From Spirogloea muscicola (Eukaryota), in assembly GCA_009602725.1 (NCBI GenBank), contig WELB01000008.1, forward strand, positions 1,123,237-1,166,525: a DNA stretch of 43,289 bases, written 5' to 3'. The position numbers and the translations under genes were made by a program. Each line of letters opens with the position of its first letter. The stretch's first letter is position 1. The notes under the pieces are model-generated. The model made no database searches, had not been told where the DNA came from, and was given only the letters and a program-made list of their open reading frames with translations. Below are positions 1-12,557 of this stretch, one piece after another.

Positions 1-72
1 CCGCTCCCGCCGCCGCAGCCGCTGGCGGTGGCGCTGACAGCCGCATCGCCGCCGCCGCCGTCGCCGCCGCAG

Positions 73-3000
73 GCCACCGTCTTCCAGTGCCTCCCTGACG
101 GCCGCCTCCGCGTGGTGCACGCCTACGTCGACGCCGACGTGCGCCCTCACCGCCCTCTCTCCGCTGCCGGCGACCCCTGCCGCCGCCTCTGGCGATGGCG
201 CCTCAGCGACGCCGCAGGCAGACAGCCGGTCATGGCCCAGGGCTACAGCCGCGCGTCCTAACCTAACCTGAATCCCTATCTAAACCTTACCCTAAGCCTA
301 AAATCCCTAACTAAACCTTACCCGAAACCCTGGACCTACCTGCCTTTTCAGAGACTGCCAAAAGCCCTCCCCTCATGTCCACCTCCGCCGTTGTCAGTTG
401 CATTGGCGGCGACGTTCGCGACAGGCTGCAGCCGCGAGACAAGCCAGCGTCCCTGCAGTCAGCTCCTCGTCGAGGCCGTCTGCGGCATGCGGCGTGGGCT
501 CGCAGAGGTGTAGGCCAAGCCACAGTCGAGTCAGGTGGGGGGCTCTGCGGTTGTTGCGCTGCAGCGATCCCCCGTTAAGCGCGCCCCGCCTCTGACCGCC
601 AGGCGCCTACCCAGCAGTCGACCGCAGCTCCTCAAGCCTTTGTGCTGTCTCTCGAAGACCCTCGTCGCAAACCCAATAATCCCACATCTAGGTCTCAGAC
701 CCTGAACCTCAGGTTGAGCTTCAGGATGACACCTGTGCCGGCTCCACAGAAGGAGGAGACGTTCTACACGGCCTGCTGGGCGACCGACGCACGCGGCACG
801 GCGCTGCTGGCAGTGGCAGGCCAGCACGGTGTTCTGCGCGTCATTGACTGCTCCTCCCACACCCTCGTGCAGGCGTGTTGCCCTCCCCTCCCTCTGTTAA
901 GCACCGCCTTCGCTGGCCAGCATCGCTGCTTTGCAAGGGCGGCTCATCATGCTGCTGCGCTTCATGAAGCATGTTGTTTACATCTATGTCTGCCCCTCCG
1001 TGAGCGCACGCTTGGATGGAGGCGAAGGCACGTCGGCGAGGCTACTCGTGGGAAGAAACTACTCAACTCACCTTGCTTGGCTGAGGGTGACGCAGAGTCT
1101 CATCGGTCACGGGGGCTCTGTCAATGACTTACGGGTACAGCTCCTGCAGCCGTCCCTCCTCCTCTCTGCTAGCAAGGTGAGTCAGGCCCCGACTCGATCA
1201 CGGCGCCTGACTTTGTCCTCAACGCAATCAGTGAGCCGCGTCAATGTACCCCCCGTACCATAAGCACAATGTACGTAGGAAGCGTTGCTACCAGAAGAGC
1301 ACAGTTTCAGCCGCGGCTGAGCTTCGAGCCAGTCAAGCGTTATGAGGAGCCCATGCATCCCCTCCTTGGAGCCGACAGTGCAGGACGAGTCTGTGCGCTT
1401 ATGGAACGCCGAGACAGGAGTTTGCGTTCTCGTCTTCGCTGGTGCCGGCGGGCATCGCAATGAGGTGCTGAGCGCGGTATGCTGGCTGCCAAGCGAGGCA
1501 CCCTTGCAGTGTTGCCAGGCACCTTCGATCAGATGATAGAGGTCGTGCCTGCATGACACCTCCATTGTGGCCTGCGTTCAGGACTTGCGAACTGCGGTCA
1601 TTGCGCCCAGTGTTTAAGTGGAGGCTTGCTAGACAGCCATTGTGACCTTTGCTCGTCCTCTATGTGATGTGCAGGACTTTCATCCTGCAGACCAGATGAC
1701 AATTGCTAGCTGCGGCATGGATAGCACCATAAAGATCTGGTCATACGCAGGTGAGCCGGAGCTTGGACGCTACCTTCAAGCGGCTGCAAAGCAGGAGGCT
1801 GGCGTTGTGTTGCCAGATAATGCTGAAAGTACTAATCAACACCACTTGTCCTTATGCTGAGAGTGCTTGTCAACATCACTTGTCCTCAGTGAGAACCCAA
1901 CCAACAAGCCGCCTCCTGTCTATGAGCAAACCCAAGTGCAGATTTCCAGCAGTACATTGAGCTCTCATACAGCTGGACGGATTCGCCCTCAAAATTCCCC
2001 ACAAAGCATGTGCAGCTTCCGGTATGCATGCTGCTTCCAGTGCATGACACATTCACCACAAGGTATCTGCTTCGCAACAGGTGCAAGTGAGATGATGAGT
2101 TTGACAGTGGTGCACCATGCTCGCTGAGTGACTCTATGGCCCTCTTCAGGCTTAGAAACTTCACCAGCTCACGCCATTTTTTGCAACCTAGCAGGTGTTT
2201 GTAGCCTATCATGTCCACACCAACTACGTGGACTGCACAAGGTGGCTCGGCGACTGCATACTCTCAAAGGTACCAGGATACACATCTGCTGTTGTCCATA
2301 TGAGGCATGCCTGGCTTCATCATGCTCTGCTCTGTGGCCACAACTGCCCAGCAGCGCCGCTCTGACACAAGTACTCATTGCAATGTTTGGTTGCATCTGA
2401 ACAGAGCGTTGATAATGAGGTGGTGCTTTGGAGGCACGTAAGAGCAACTCAGGATGGAAGAGACGAGGTCCGTGACAATATACTGAATTCATTCTGCTGT
2501 TGTGTAACATAATATGAGATGAGCATTCCACAGAAGTGACTCTGTATATGTCGTGGTCCCTTGGCGGCCCTTCACTGTTCTTTGGCTTGTATTCAAAGTT
2601 GAGCTGCATGTATGCACAGGGCTTTGTCGACGTTCTTCAGCGGTATGCGGTCCAGGACTGCGATGTTTGGTTCATCAAGTTCTCTATGGACCTCGCTTGT
2701 ACCACTTTAGCAATAGGTGAGAAGGTGCTCGCTTACAAATATTGAGATTCTTCACGTATTCACTGCCTTAGCTGCCATCCCAGACCCCTGCAGTCTGGGT
2801 AGCACTCTATCTGCCAGATTAAGCAACCTGAATATGGAGCCCCGCCATCATTTGTGCAGCTCAAGAGAATGTGTCAAATCGTACACAAAGAGATGTGAAC
2901 CAGAAGGAAATGTGTCAAATTTTGGTGTTCACACAAAAAGATGTGAAGTAGAACCTCTTCTGGCAACGTTGCTTATCCATGCATGCTGCTGATGATTGGA

Positions 3001-3583
3001 TGAGCTCGTGACATATAGGAAATCGAGAAGGCACAACATATGTCTGGGATCCCCGGCCCGCATCCACAACAGCACCCGCAAGGTTCGCATTCTGAATAGC
3101 CAGTGGCTGATGTGGCTGCTGCAGCCTGTAGCTGCCAGCATCTCAAGCCCACATTGCCACAAAGTGCAGTGGCCTCCTAAGTTTCTTGATTCTTTTAGCA
3201 CTATTTGTCATATTGTGAGTGTTGTGTGCTGTCTGAAATACCAACTTTTCTTCACTTCCGTCAGATTAAAGAATGCGCATCTGCGGAGCATCATCCGCCA
3301 GACTGCAGTGTCGCACGATGGCAGGTATCTGTTATGCATGGGGCCCTCGCTTGGGTTCAGACGAATGAAAGATATTGGATGATTGGAGCTATGAGCAGAG
3401 AGGATGAATGTCATGCGGTTGGAATTGCTCACAGTGAGAGCCTCTGCAGCAGGACCTGAAGTTTCATGCGCTTCGACTGACATGGTCTGTGTATGGGCCT
3501 CTCTGTTTACATGCAGAATAATCATTGCCTGCTGTGAAGATGGCACGCTTTGGAGGTGGGATGAGGTAGACCATAACTTGTAA
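73..3583 (+). CDS. FIE: Polycomb PRC2 WD40 subunit FIE/EED (5' end lies outside the window)
   Basis: Exons 73-138, 750-872, 1096-1176, 1384-1476, 1675-1750, 1942-2021, 2195-2269, 2405-2467, 2620-2716, 3019-3082, 3265-3324 and 3517-3583 join in frame. They give FIE-typical segments: [145 protein letters not shown]. Stop TAA at 3581-3583. Confidence 0.95.
257..332 (+). repeat. Degenerate telomere-like (CCCTAAA-type) tract in a FIE intron
   Basis: cctaacctaacctgaatccctatctaaaccttaccctaagcctaaaatccctaactaaaccttacccgaaaccctg: recurring CCTAA/CCCTA/AAACC units. Confidence 0.7.
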
Positions 3584-3700
3584 ATCCTGGGCAGCCCTTG
3601 ATTGCTGACAATGTTTGAATACTTCTGCAAGTGATCTGTAGATCTTGTGCAATTGAAAGCCATCTGATTGAGCATCTTGCTACACCCATAGTCATAATTG

Positions 3701-6255
3701 TTACAGCCTGGAATTTGCGGCTGCTGTGACATGATCCTCCTTGAGGAAGTTAATTAGTGTCCGGTTCACAACCTCACGTTCATCCCACATTACCCAATGA
3801 GAGGCCTGCATCACAGAATAGCAATCTTAGACTTCTAACTCTTTGCTGGTTCATCTGGGAGCAACTGCACAGAAGTGAACTATTGGTGTTCTCCCAGTAT
3901 CATCTGACTGTTATAAGCGGTAGGCTGCTACATTCAACTCCACCACACACGCATGTAATATAGCCTTGACATATGTGCGAACAGTGCAGTCTTGAATGAA
4001 AGCTCACCATTGGAAGCCTTAGTGTGTGACCGTTAAGTACCACATCCTCTGGAATATATCCTAGCTCGTCAATGAATGCATCATCTTTCTCGCCCCAAAT
4101 GAGAAACACTGGCATCTCAAGCTGCAATGGCCAGATGAAGCTGATGTGAGCTCTGTGAAGCATGTATCCCAAGCTTTCAGAAGGTAGGAAAGCATGGTCT
4201 GCCAAGCCTGCAATGCCTTACCAGCATTGGCTTTGCGGCAAAGGCGAGACTGGTTCTTAGCTACTGTCGAATTCTGCAGCAAAGGCATGCAACACAGAGC
4301 ATGCAATAGCTTCCATTTGCTTGCCAGCGGTCTTATCTTCCATGATCGTATTGATCATATTGGTCATTTTTGTGGACTTGCCATTGACTGCCATAAAGCA
4401 ACTTTTTCAGATTTAACAAACCTTTGTCTTGCTGTGAGATGGAGACTTCCATTGACCACCAGTAAGTAGAGCTCGGTAATAGTCCAATGTGGCAGTGAGC
4501 ACACCAGGTATAGCAAATGCCTCCACGTGGCTGATAAAAGCAGAACTCATTAGACAGCATCAAGGCAAAGCAAATAGCTAGGCTATCATGTAGTACAGCA
4601 GGATTCACTGAATCTGCTGGTGAGAGTCCAGGTCACCTTCAATTTGACTAGACAGAAGACTTTATTCAGGCTTGTAAAACCGTACAATGATCGAGTCATG
4701 TGCTTACCGCTCTATATCTTCCTCAGACACAGGTTTTGTTGACATGTCACTCAGGATCCCGCGCAACTTTTCATAACTGATCCAGTGAAAGACAAATGTG
4801 GTTGGCTGGTAAATGTCAAAGTGCCTCAAGCACATCTCACTATGCACAAGGACTGTCTGTGGCACTCATGACCTGCATCTTTCTTGCAAGACGCTTGGGC
4901 AAGCGACTGTGTTGTGGAGTGCAGTAAAGAGCTCTGACCTACCACAGCCAGGACAGTGGCATCAAGCAATTACATACTCCTGCTTCTTGGACAGGCTCGC
5001 AAGATCGTCAACAGACCAGAGGCAAGCAGGCTAACTTACTCACTTGTTCGCCTTCAAGTAGGTCTCGCCAAATCCAGGCAACTGGAAGAGGACTGGATGC
5101 AACAAAATACACACAGATATTAGTGACGCATTGATGGCCATTGGCACAGCAGCTTTGTATGCTCCACTTATAAAGAGAACGTGGAAGGACACACTCAATA
5201 TTGGTTAGACTGAATGCCTTGAGCAATGACTGAGGGTGGCAATCAGTCAGCTCACTCACACATATACCAGCTGCGTCGCATCTGCTGCACATTGCCTTTG
5301 AGAGCTGCAGCGAAGGAGCTAGGGTGGGGGCTATTGAGTACTGCAAGCTTGTATACTCGGTGAGGGTAATCATGAGCAAACGTCCAGGCCACGTTGCCCC
5401 CCCAGTCATGGCCTACCTGACATGGTCTCAACATATTGACATGAGCTGCACCAGTTTAAACTAGAGCTTCAGTGCTGAACAGTCATGTGAGGAATTGCAG
5501 CGACGAAGAGACAAAGATGCCGAATATCTCAGGTGGAGTCCAGAAATCTCAGGCAGGGTAGAGACACAGGGAGACTGGAAAATGCACCAGAGAAGCTGGC
5601 CGGTCCGGGCTGAAGTGATTGATGATTGCATTGACATCAGAACACAAGGCTTCTCGGCTGTAATTCACTAAGCCACTTGGCTTTGAGGAGTAATTGTAGC
5701 CTCGCATGTCGGGTGCCACAACATGGAAGCCTGCTGCACTCAAAGGTCCTAGTTGGTACTTCCAGGTGAGCCAGAAACTTGGAAATCCATGAAGCAGGAT
5801 CACCTACGAACATGTACATACTCATTTAAGCGACAACTTCGTTCATCTGAATCCGTCAGGTATGGTGTCAGCCCAGTGAAATAAGTTGCGATCGAAGCAA
5901 AGCTAGCAAGACATTGGGCATGTACTGCTTGAAGAAACAGATGTAGTAGGAGATCTGCAGCAGAAGGATCTGGACACACGACTGGAAATTGTGCCACTCG
6001 AGGAGGCTGGGAGAAGGTGTTCAGATATCCGCCATGACGTGATGGATTTACCCCACCCCACCCCAACCCACTCACCAAAGGCCCGGCAGCTGGCCCGCAC
6101 TGCACGAAGTGAAGGGTGACGCTGCCGTTGTTGAGCGTGCCGTGGTAGACCTTGCAGTCCGCGACGACCTCCTCGCCGACCATGATGTTGAGAGCGACGG
6201 GGCTTCCAGCCGGCTTGCTTTCCAGGCCCAGGGCCGACTTGAGGAGCGAAGCCAT
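3701..6255 (-). CDS. Alpha/beta-fold hydrolase, epoxide hydrolase-like, with C-terminal SRL (putative PTS1)
   Basis: Exons about 6255-6076, 5803-5588, 5416-5260, 5092-5044, 4776-4708, 4530-4422, ~4121-4008 and 3805-3701. Motifs: VILLHGFP (oxyanion hole), VAPDMRGYNYS, VGHDWGG (Asp nucleophile), SWYM and LDYYRA (cap tyrosines), LIWGEKD, ASHWV (catalytic His). Ends ...AANSRL*. Confidence 0.9.
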
Positions 6256-6417
6256 GGGGCGAGCCGGGGGTGGCCGAGGGGGAGATGTCTCCCAGAGGCT
6301 GCGCTGCCGCGCGGCGCGCAGGAGCCGCGGGGCGCGCCGCACCGCCGGCAGCGCNGGGTAGAGGTTATTCATATTGATATATATATGTATAGTAGAGATC
6401 ATTTATATGTTATGCAT

Positions 6418-6536
6418 GTGCTCACTCGGGGTTATTTCGTGTCCCCCTTAGCCAGCTCATTGCCCAGTCAAAAGGACATTTGTAAGGCTAGTATTGGCCT
6501 CCATTTCAATTTCATGCGCACCGCGCGCCTTCTCTC
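6418..6536 (+). mobile_element. Extremely 5'-truncated CRE-like retroelement 3' end (VLTRGY plus tail)
   Basis: gtgctcactcggggttat is followed by a tail ending ttcatgcgcaccgcgcgccttctctc. The tail is similar to 7452-7542, 8060-8107, 26993-27037 and 43080-43130 (-). Confidence 0.7.
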
Positions 6537-6629
6537 TATTCAGAAGAGTACAGCTCTTCCTGAAGTAAGAAAATGGTGGGTATAAAAGAACTACTTTCCT
6601 TAGCAGGACACATCATCCAAAGTTGTCTC

Positions 6630-7190
6630 CGCTGTGAGAGGAAGTGGCTCTCCCAAAGGGGCAAAGGGCTGTGAACGAAGTGGCTCTCCTATTAGGGGCA
6701 ACGGCTGTTAACAGCCAGTCCGAATTGAATTGACAAGGTCTGGAGGGGCCAAAAGCGTGCTCTCAGAGCTTGCCCGGTAGGATTGATTACTTGATAACCA
6801 CGAGTGAGGAGCCGCAATTCCGAAAGATTAGCAGCCGGAAAGCAATCCCCCTGACGAATGCCAGAGGCTGCAGCTAGAGCACGGCCAGCACGCAGGTGCA
6901 AGGCGTGTGCCATGGACGGCTGGAGGGAGATGGAGAGGCGCATACGATAGACCTGAGCTAGCAAGCCAGCGACGTTGAAGTCAGCCTGCTCATTTCACCT
7001 GCGGGACCGAAGAGCCGCATGCACATTGACGGCCAGGGGTACGAACTCGTCCCCTGCTGTGAGAGGCCAGCCCAAAGGAATGTACAAGGTTCAAAGGGCC
7101 GAAAGGCACCAAAAGCACATAGTTGTGCAAGAGACTACAGCGGATGGGAGCTTAGAAGAAGAAGGGCTCGCCCATTGAGGATAGGGACCC
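6630..7190 (-). mobile_element. 5'-truncated CRE-like retroelement (subfamily A) plus stacked tail fragments
   Basis: The minus strand encodes DEFVPLAVNVH...LAQVYRMRLSISLQPSMAHALHLRAGRALAAASGIRQGDCFPAANLSELRLLTRGY, homologous to 21533-22025 and 25770-26085. Tail modules occur at 6630-6790 and 7057-7190. Confidence 0.8.
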
Positions 7191-7449
7191 CGAGTCAGCA
7201 GTTGAAAGTCAGAGTAACGTCGCAGCTAGAGCTTACACTGTAGCTTTTTTCCGGAGCCCCTTTGAACTCTGTTTCTTTTGTTTGGGGATTGCCCGTCATA
7301 GCCATCGCCCTCTACTGGAAGAGCCACTTCCTTTCTTAGCGGCCCAGGGACGTGAAAAGCCAGCCCACAAGAGACTAACAAGGTCTACGGGGAGCCGGCA
7401 AGCGTTAACCAGACGGCGACCACGACTGCCTCCGTGCAAAGCAGGCCCA

Positions 7450-8135
7450 CTAGCCCCCTTAGCCAACTCATTACCCCGTTACGAGGACATTCGTAAGGCT
7501 AGAATTGGCATTCACTTTCGTGGGCACCGCGTGCCTTTTCTCTTTGTAGACGTGGTACTGATCGACGCATACAAGGCGGGCGCACCCACGTCAACCGTGT
7601 CTGGCTGGGCCACGTCCAGCGCGGAGCGCAACAAGGAGCGGCACTACCAGGACCATCCCCGAGGAGACCATCGTTATCCATGTGCCATGGATATCTATGG
7701 AGGCTACGGCGTAAAATGGTCCTCCCTGATCCAGCATCTGGTTGATGCGCGTCGTCGAAGTCGGGAGGGCAGCTTGGGCCACTCCAGCATTCCTCAGGCC
7801 TTAGTTGCATATTACAGTATGCGGCTCTCGCTTAGTTTGCAGCGGTCGCAAGCATTGGCTCTTCATCAACGTGCAGGGCGCGCTCTAAGTCAGGCCTCCG
7901 GCTTTCGTGGCGGCGCTCCAGCTGCCCAAGTTAGCTTGTCGGAGTTGTTTGTGCTCACCCGTGGGTACTAATGTCACCTTAGGCACCTCATTCTAGGTCT
8001 CCGTGTTATGTAGCCTTGTTCATGGTTTGCACTAGGCTCTGCCTGAACAATGTATTGGCTTGAATTGGCCTCCCTTTCATTTCATGCGCTCCGCGCGCCT
8101 TCTCTCTTGGGCTGGCCTCTCCCAGCCACCAGTCA
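7450..8135 (+). mobile_element. 5'-truncated CRE-like retroelement (subfamily B): REL endonuclease C-terminus and 3' tail, preceded by an older tail
   Basis: 7543-7971 encodes FVDVVLIDAY...WATSSAERNKERHY...YPCAMDIYGGYG...RLSLSLQRSQALALHQRAGRALSQASG...FVLTRGY*, a PD-(D/E)xK-type REL signature. 7896-8107 is nearly the reverse complement of 43080-43289. Confidence 0.85.
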
Positions 8136-8193
8136 ATCTGGCCGCGCTTGCTTTTAGTGCCATGGATAGTCAGATAGTCAACTTGCTTACTAA

Positions 8194-8337
8194 AGGCCAA
8201 ATTACACTTGGTCGGTCGGCCTCAAATTGGACCTCGCGGTGGCTTCGAGGTGGCAAGGCTTTTGCTCCTGAGTGTCCATACAACGCGCGACACGTACCCC
8301 TCCACCGCAACCGACCGACCAAGTGTTGATTTGGCCC
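8194..8337. mobile_element. Tourist/PIF-Harbinger-like MITE, inverted relative to the 22.2-22.5 kb copies
   Basis: Terminal inverted repeats aggccaaattacacttggtcggtcgg and ccgaccgaccaagtgttgatttggccc, flanked by TAA and TTA. The internal cgcgacacgtacccct is the reverse complement of sequence in 22382-22522. Confidence 0.8.
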
Positions 8338-8474
8338 TTAGGCCTCCTTTCCCATCAAAGCGCGCGCCGTCCTCCGGGGCCAAGCTCAGTGGGTGCGCAG
8401 CTTGGCTGCCACCCAATGGTCAACCTGTAACGGTCCACATCCCCGCCGTTCCATGGTCTTGGTAGTGCACCTTC

Positions 8475-8507
<33 letters not shown>

Positions 8508-8634
8508 CGCCGCCGTCGTTGCAAACGCGCCAACGTCCGCGCCTAGTGCAGCGGGCAGGTCATGCAGCCGCTGACGGCCCTCGTGCCGCGCTGACTGCCG
8601 AGCTGACAGGCCCCGCCGTGCCGCCGTCGTGCCC

Positions 8635-11600
8635 ATGGCCGTCTCAAGCCCCAACGCCGGCGGCCGCGGCGGCGCTGGTGATCACGTACACGTCTCGCGG
8701 AAGCCCGTGCCGTGGCGCCTGTGGTTCCCAAGGGGCCGCCTGAACGCCTTGGCCGTCGCGCTGCTCCTCTTCGTTGGGATCGCATTGGCCGTCGTCCAGA
8801 CACTGTCTCCTCGGCTTGGCGACCTGTGGACCGTTGACATGGCGAGCGTGCTGGTCGCCAACCACAGCGCAGGTGTCCGCGGCTCGGCACATGCTCAGCT
8901 CGCTTCTGTAGACTTAAGCCAGCTAGAGGCGGAGCTCGGAGCGGCTGATCCAAAGCAGCTTAGCGGCATCGAGGACTTTGGCTTGGCTTCCGCAATGAGG
9001 AGCTTGGATCCTGAAGTTCAGCTTCCCGTGACAGAAAGCCTTCCAAGCGAATGTGGCGACAGGAAGGGTGAGGCCGTAGATTGCGGCCATCCTACAATTC
9101 TCGAAGCCGTTGAGGATCACCTCCAGGTACTTGGCGCATGTAGGATATACCCCATGGTGGTCCATGCTCCAGGAATTGTCCGCTCTTGATAAGAATGATC
9201 ATGCAATCTTTACCCTTTTGCACAGCCGATGCATGGAGGGCGGAATTGTTGCATACGTCGAGCTTGATTCTGCAATAGCAAGCAGCACTGCCCGCTCTCG
9301 TCTTTGTGCTGGCAGAGGTTTGGTCACTAACTTCGAACTACCTCTATACTGAGCCTGCGAAAGCTTCTAAGTTGCATTCTAAGCCTGTTCATGCTGCACA
9401 GTAAGCTGTGCTTGGCGAGGCTAGCGTTGTTGTACATCTTGGTGTTCTAGGTGTAGGTCTGAATCAAGATTAAGGGTGCACAGAGCAAGTAGGCCCCAGG
9501 CATCTACACCTTTCACAGTTTCACAGGAGGGAGAGCAATTTCGCTGCAAAGGCAGACTCCTTCAGTGACTGTGCAGGAATGGTGATGACCAAGGGGGCTG
9601 ACTGAGTTGTGTGTTTTATGCACGAATTTGTCCACAGAAGGAATTCCCACAGGTTGTCTTCAGCAAGTTTCGGGAGGCTTTAAAAGTTGACAATCCAACA
9701 CAATGTGACGTCTCTTGGCACTCCAGGCGAGATAACAACGTCTTCAGCCCCGTCCATGTAGACTATCGAAGGATCAGCTTTTCATGGGATCAGCAATTTT
9801 GCAGGTATTCACCTTTCTGCTGGTTTTCTTGCAACAACAAAGCGTGCCAATCACATGCATGAGGCGGCGTGATTAGCAATCTACCGATGAGGCATTTTGT
9901 TGCTATGGTTACAAAGGTGCTAGGTCTTTACGAAGGTGCAGACAATGATGGCTCGATATTTTACTGCAAAAGTAGCAGACAGGGGCCCTTGTCTTCCAAC
10001 TTGACTTAGAGCTCTTGTGTGTCAGCCTGACTCCTGAAGGTCAAGAAGCATGCTGGTCATGAGGGTTGGTTGAGTTAAGAAGTTGCTGGCAAGAGAAACT
10101 CAAGGATATTCACAGGTTGCACATTGGGCAACATGTATTTGGTCCACAGATATGACGTTGATGCAGTAGCGGGATTCTTCTCTGGTGCCGTGGCCCGAGA
10201 GACATATAGCCCCATGCACTTTGACGGGAGCGTAAAGTATCTGTTCTACAGACGGAGCAGCGCTTTTTGCGCAGGCGTAGTGGTGAGGACCTGGTGCCTT
10301 GGTCTGGTCCACTGGTGTAGCTAGCAGCTCAGTTGTTGATTCATCCATTGCACTTTCCTCAAGGTCTTGTACATTCTTGTTGAGATCTCCCAAAACGTTT
10401 GTTGTCAAAGTTGTCGCTTGCCCTATGGCTTATATTCTCAGCATATATCTGCCTTCAGCTTAGAGTTGGGCAACTTGCTCAAGAGAGAATGACAATGTAG
10501 CTGACTGCTATCTATCTTGCAGCACAAATTTGACAGTCTTAATTGCTACGCTGCGGAGGCTCGGTATCTAAATCGCACCCTGGTTCTGGGTAAGTGCTTA
10601 ATCAGCAGTACACCGACATAGTAAGCGGCTAACTCGCTTGTGCAGATCATGCATGTTGCTCCTGTCATCAGAGACTTCGTGCTCATTTGAAGGCATGCAA
10701 GTAGTCAACGGAGACCTTCACCTCCTCAGATTGCTACTTCAGTAAGTACTTGGTAGAGACAGAATGCAAGAACCAAGAAATTGCTCTGTCAGTCTTGAAG
10801 CAATTTGAAAGAGTTGCAGTAGGCCTCACCGGAGGCAAAACCATCATTTGTTACCTTCTGAGCTTCTTTCACTGTCTGTCAGATCGAGACTACTGCATGG
10901 ATCCAGGCCATGCAGACACTTCTGGAGACTGGCAATACCGTGATATCCACATGTACTATGATGTTGAATACTTGAAGATGTGAGAAGCCCACATGCTTGT
11001 TTGCAAACACCTGCCTTGGATGTTCTATCTCGGTGCTTCTATGACTTCCCTTACACATACTCTACGTCCCTCTCCACCTTCTCCCAGCCTCCCCTCCTTG
11101 GGTCCTCGTTGTTGTCTTTTCTCTGCACACTACTCCTAGCCCCCCTGCCTTCTAAATACAGGTGAATTTACTTCACAGGTTTGTAAGTATCGTATACATG
11201 CTTGACTTCGAGCACTCCTTGGATGCGTGGAACAAGGGCCACCCTGACAACCCGGTAAGTACAGTTGAGTTGATATTGTAGCAGGCTGGAGGCTTAGTCC
11301 ATGATAGTGGACATTGTTAACGGCTGAAAGATCCAGTTTTAGGTGTATAGAGTGATTCTTGGAATCCCTTGGTCTTGAAGCCCTCTGATTCATCCTGCCC
11401 TACTGTGCACCAACTTCTCGCACAACACCTTCCAATTGCTCCATGCATTCACTGTATAGCATTGTAATGATTTCCAATTCCTGATTTTGCCGTTCTTTGA
11501 CCAAAACAGGCAACAGTCACTGTGCTGGATAGAATGCAAGCTTCTCAGCCTTATAAGGAAGACTCCAGTACCATCCTCCGCCGGGACTTTCCTGGAAAAT

Positions 11601-12151
11601 ATTGGTATATGGTGTGTATGACACCTGACAACCAGAAGACTATTAACCGCACATATGGTCCACTTAGGCCAGCCCCATTCATACTGGAGATGGCAGAAGC
11701 CATTGTGCAAGCAGTGGGGCCTGACTTTGATACAGTCCATGTTAGAAGAGGGGACAAGGCAACACAGAGGAAAGCAGATTGGCCGCATGTAGACGAGGAT
11801 ACTCAGCCAGAGGCGCTGATCAAGAAGCTTCCTGTCTTGGGAGTACCTTTTGGCAGAATCCTGTACATAGCCACGAACGAGAGGGACCCAAAGTTTTTCG
11901 ACCCCCTGAAGCAGCACTACACAATACATCTCTTGAAGGACTTTGAGCACCTCTGGGCTTTAGGCAGCAAGTGGCAGAGGGAGACAGTAGCCAAGTATGG
12001 TAGCAGAGGGATCCTCAGATTTGACGGGTACCTTGCAGCAATGCTAGACTATGAGGTGATGAAGAAGGGCCGGCGAAGAATAGAGACGTTCAATGACCTG
12101 ACCCAGGACTGCCGCCATGGAGTCAAGTACTGCTCACACAGGACACATTGA
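8635..12151 (+). CDS. SUB1/SUL-like (At4g08810/At4g12700/At2g04280 family) type II membrane protein, O-fucosyltransferase-like
   Basis: N-terminal TM helix (LNALAVALLLFVGIALAVV). Exons about 8635-9127, 9638-9804, 10150-10282, 10523-10589, 10883-10979, 11179-11253 and 11510-12151. Family motifs recalled from memory: QCDVSWH, DYRR, EARYLNRTLVLD, YYDVEYLK, YWYMVC, FDTVHVRRGDKA, LYIATNE..FFDPLK, FDGY, IETFNDLTQDC. Confidence 0.85.
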
Positions 12152-12557
12152 TTAATTTGTCACCTTCTGGACATTGATGGTCATATCGCCAGCCTCTCAT
12201 TGCCTAGCTCCCCATTTTTGGAGCATCGGCCCTTTGCTTCCGCCATTGTCAGCTGCGCTCTACTGTCCAATGAGCCATTAAATGTGACCCATGTACGGCA
12301 GTTAGACCTTATCAATTCCACCTGCAGACTTGCAAGGGAGTTAGCGCGTTGGAGTAGAGCAGCAGGCTTTGCAGAGCTCGCTGGTCAATGAAGGAAGAAG
12401 GCAGGTTCAGCACTCTTCTTTTCAAGGTCTGAATGTCTGCACTCTTTCTGCAACTCAACAAACGCACTGCATGATATGTGTGGAATGTTGACCGGGAGTG
12501 ACGTGAAGCGCTTTGTCGAACGAGTCTGCCTCTGTCACAAGTTGTTGCATTCCTCTG

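Noticed and set aside
6356..6417. Abrupt AT-rich stretch after a single n
   Set aside because: Probably a contig junction or (TA)-rich simple sequence; it cannot be interpreted as a promoter.
7282..7971. 229-aa ORF as an intact host gene
   Set aside because: It is chimeric: the first ~85 codons are non-coding tail sequence (similar to 6440-6536) fused by chance in frame to a truncated REL fragment.
8476..8520. (CCG)n runs here and at many gene 5' ends
   Set aside because: Common GC-rich microsatellites or Ala/Pro codon runs; nothing specific.
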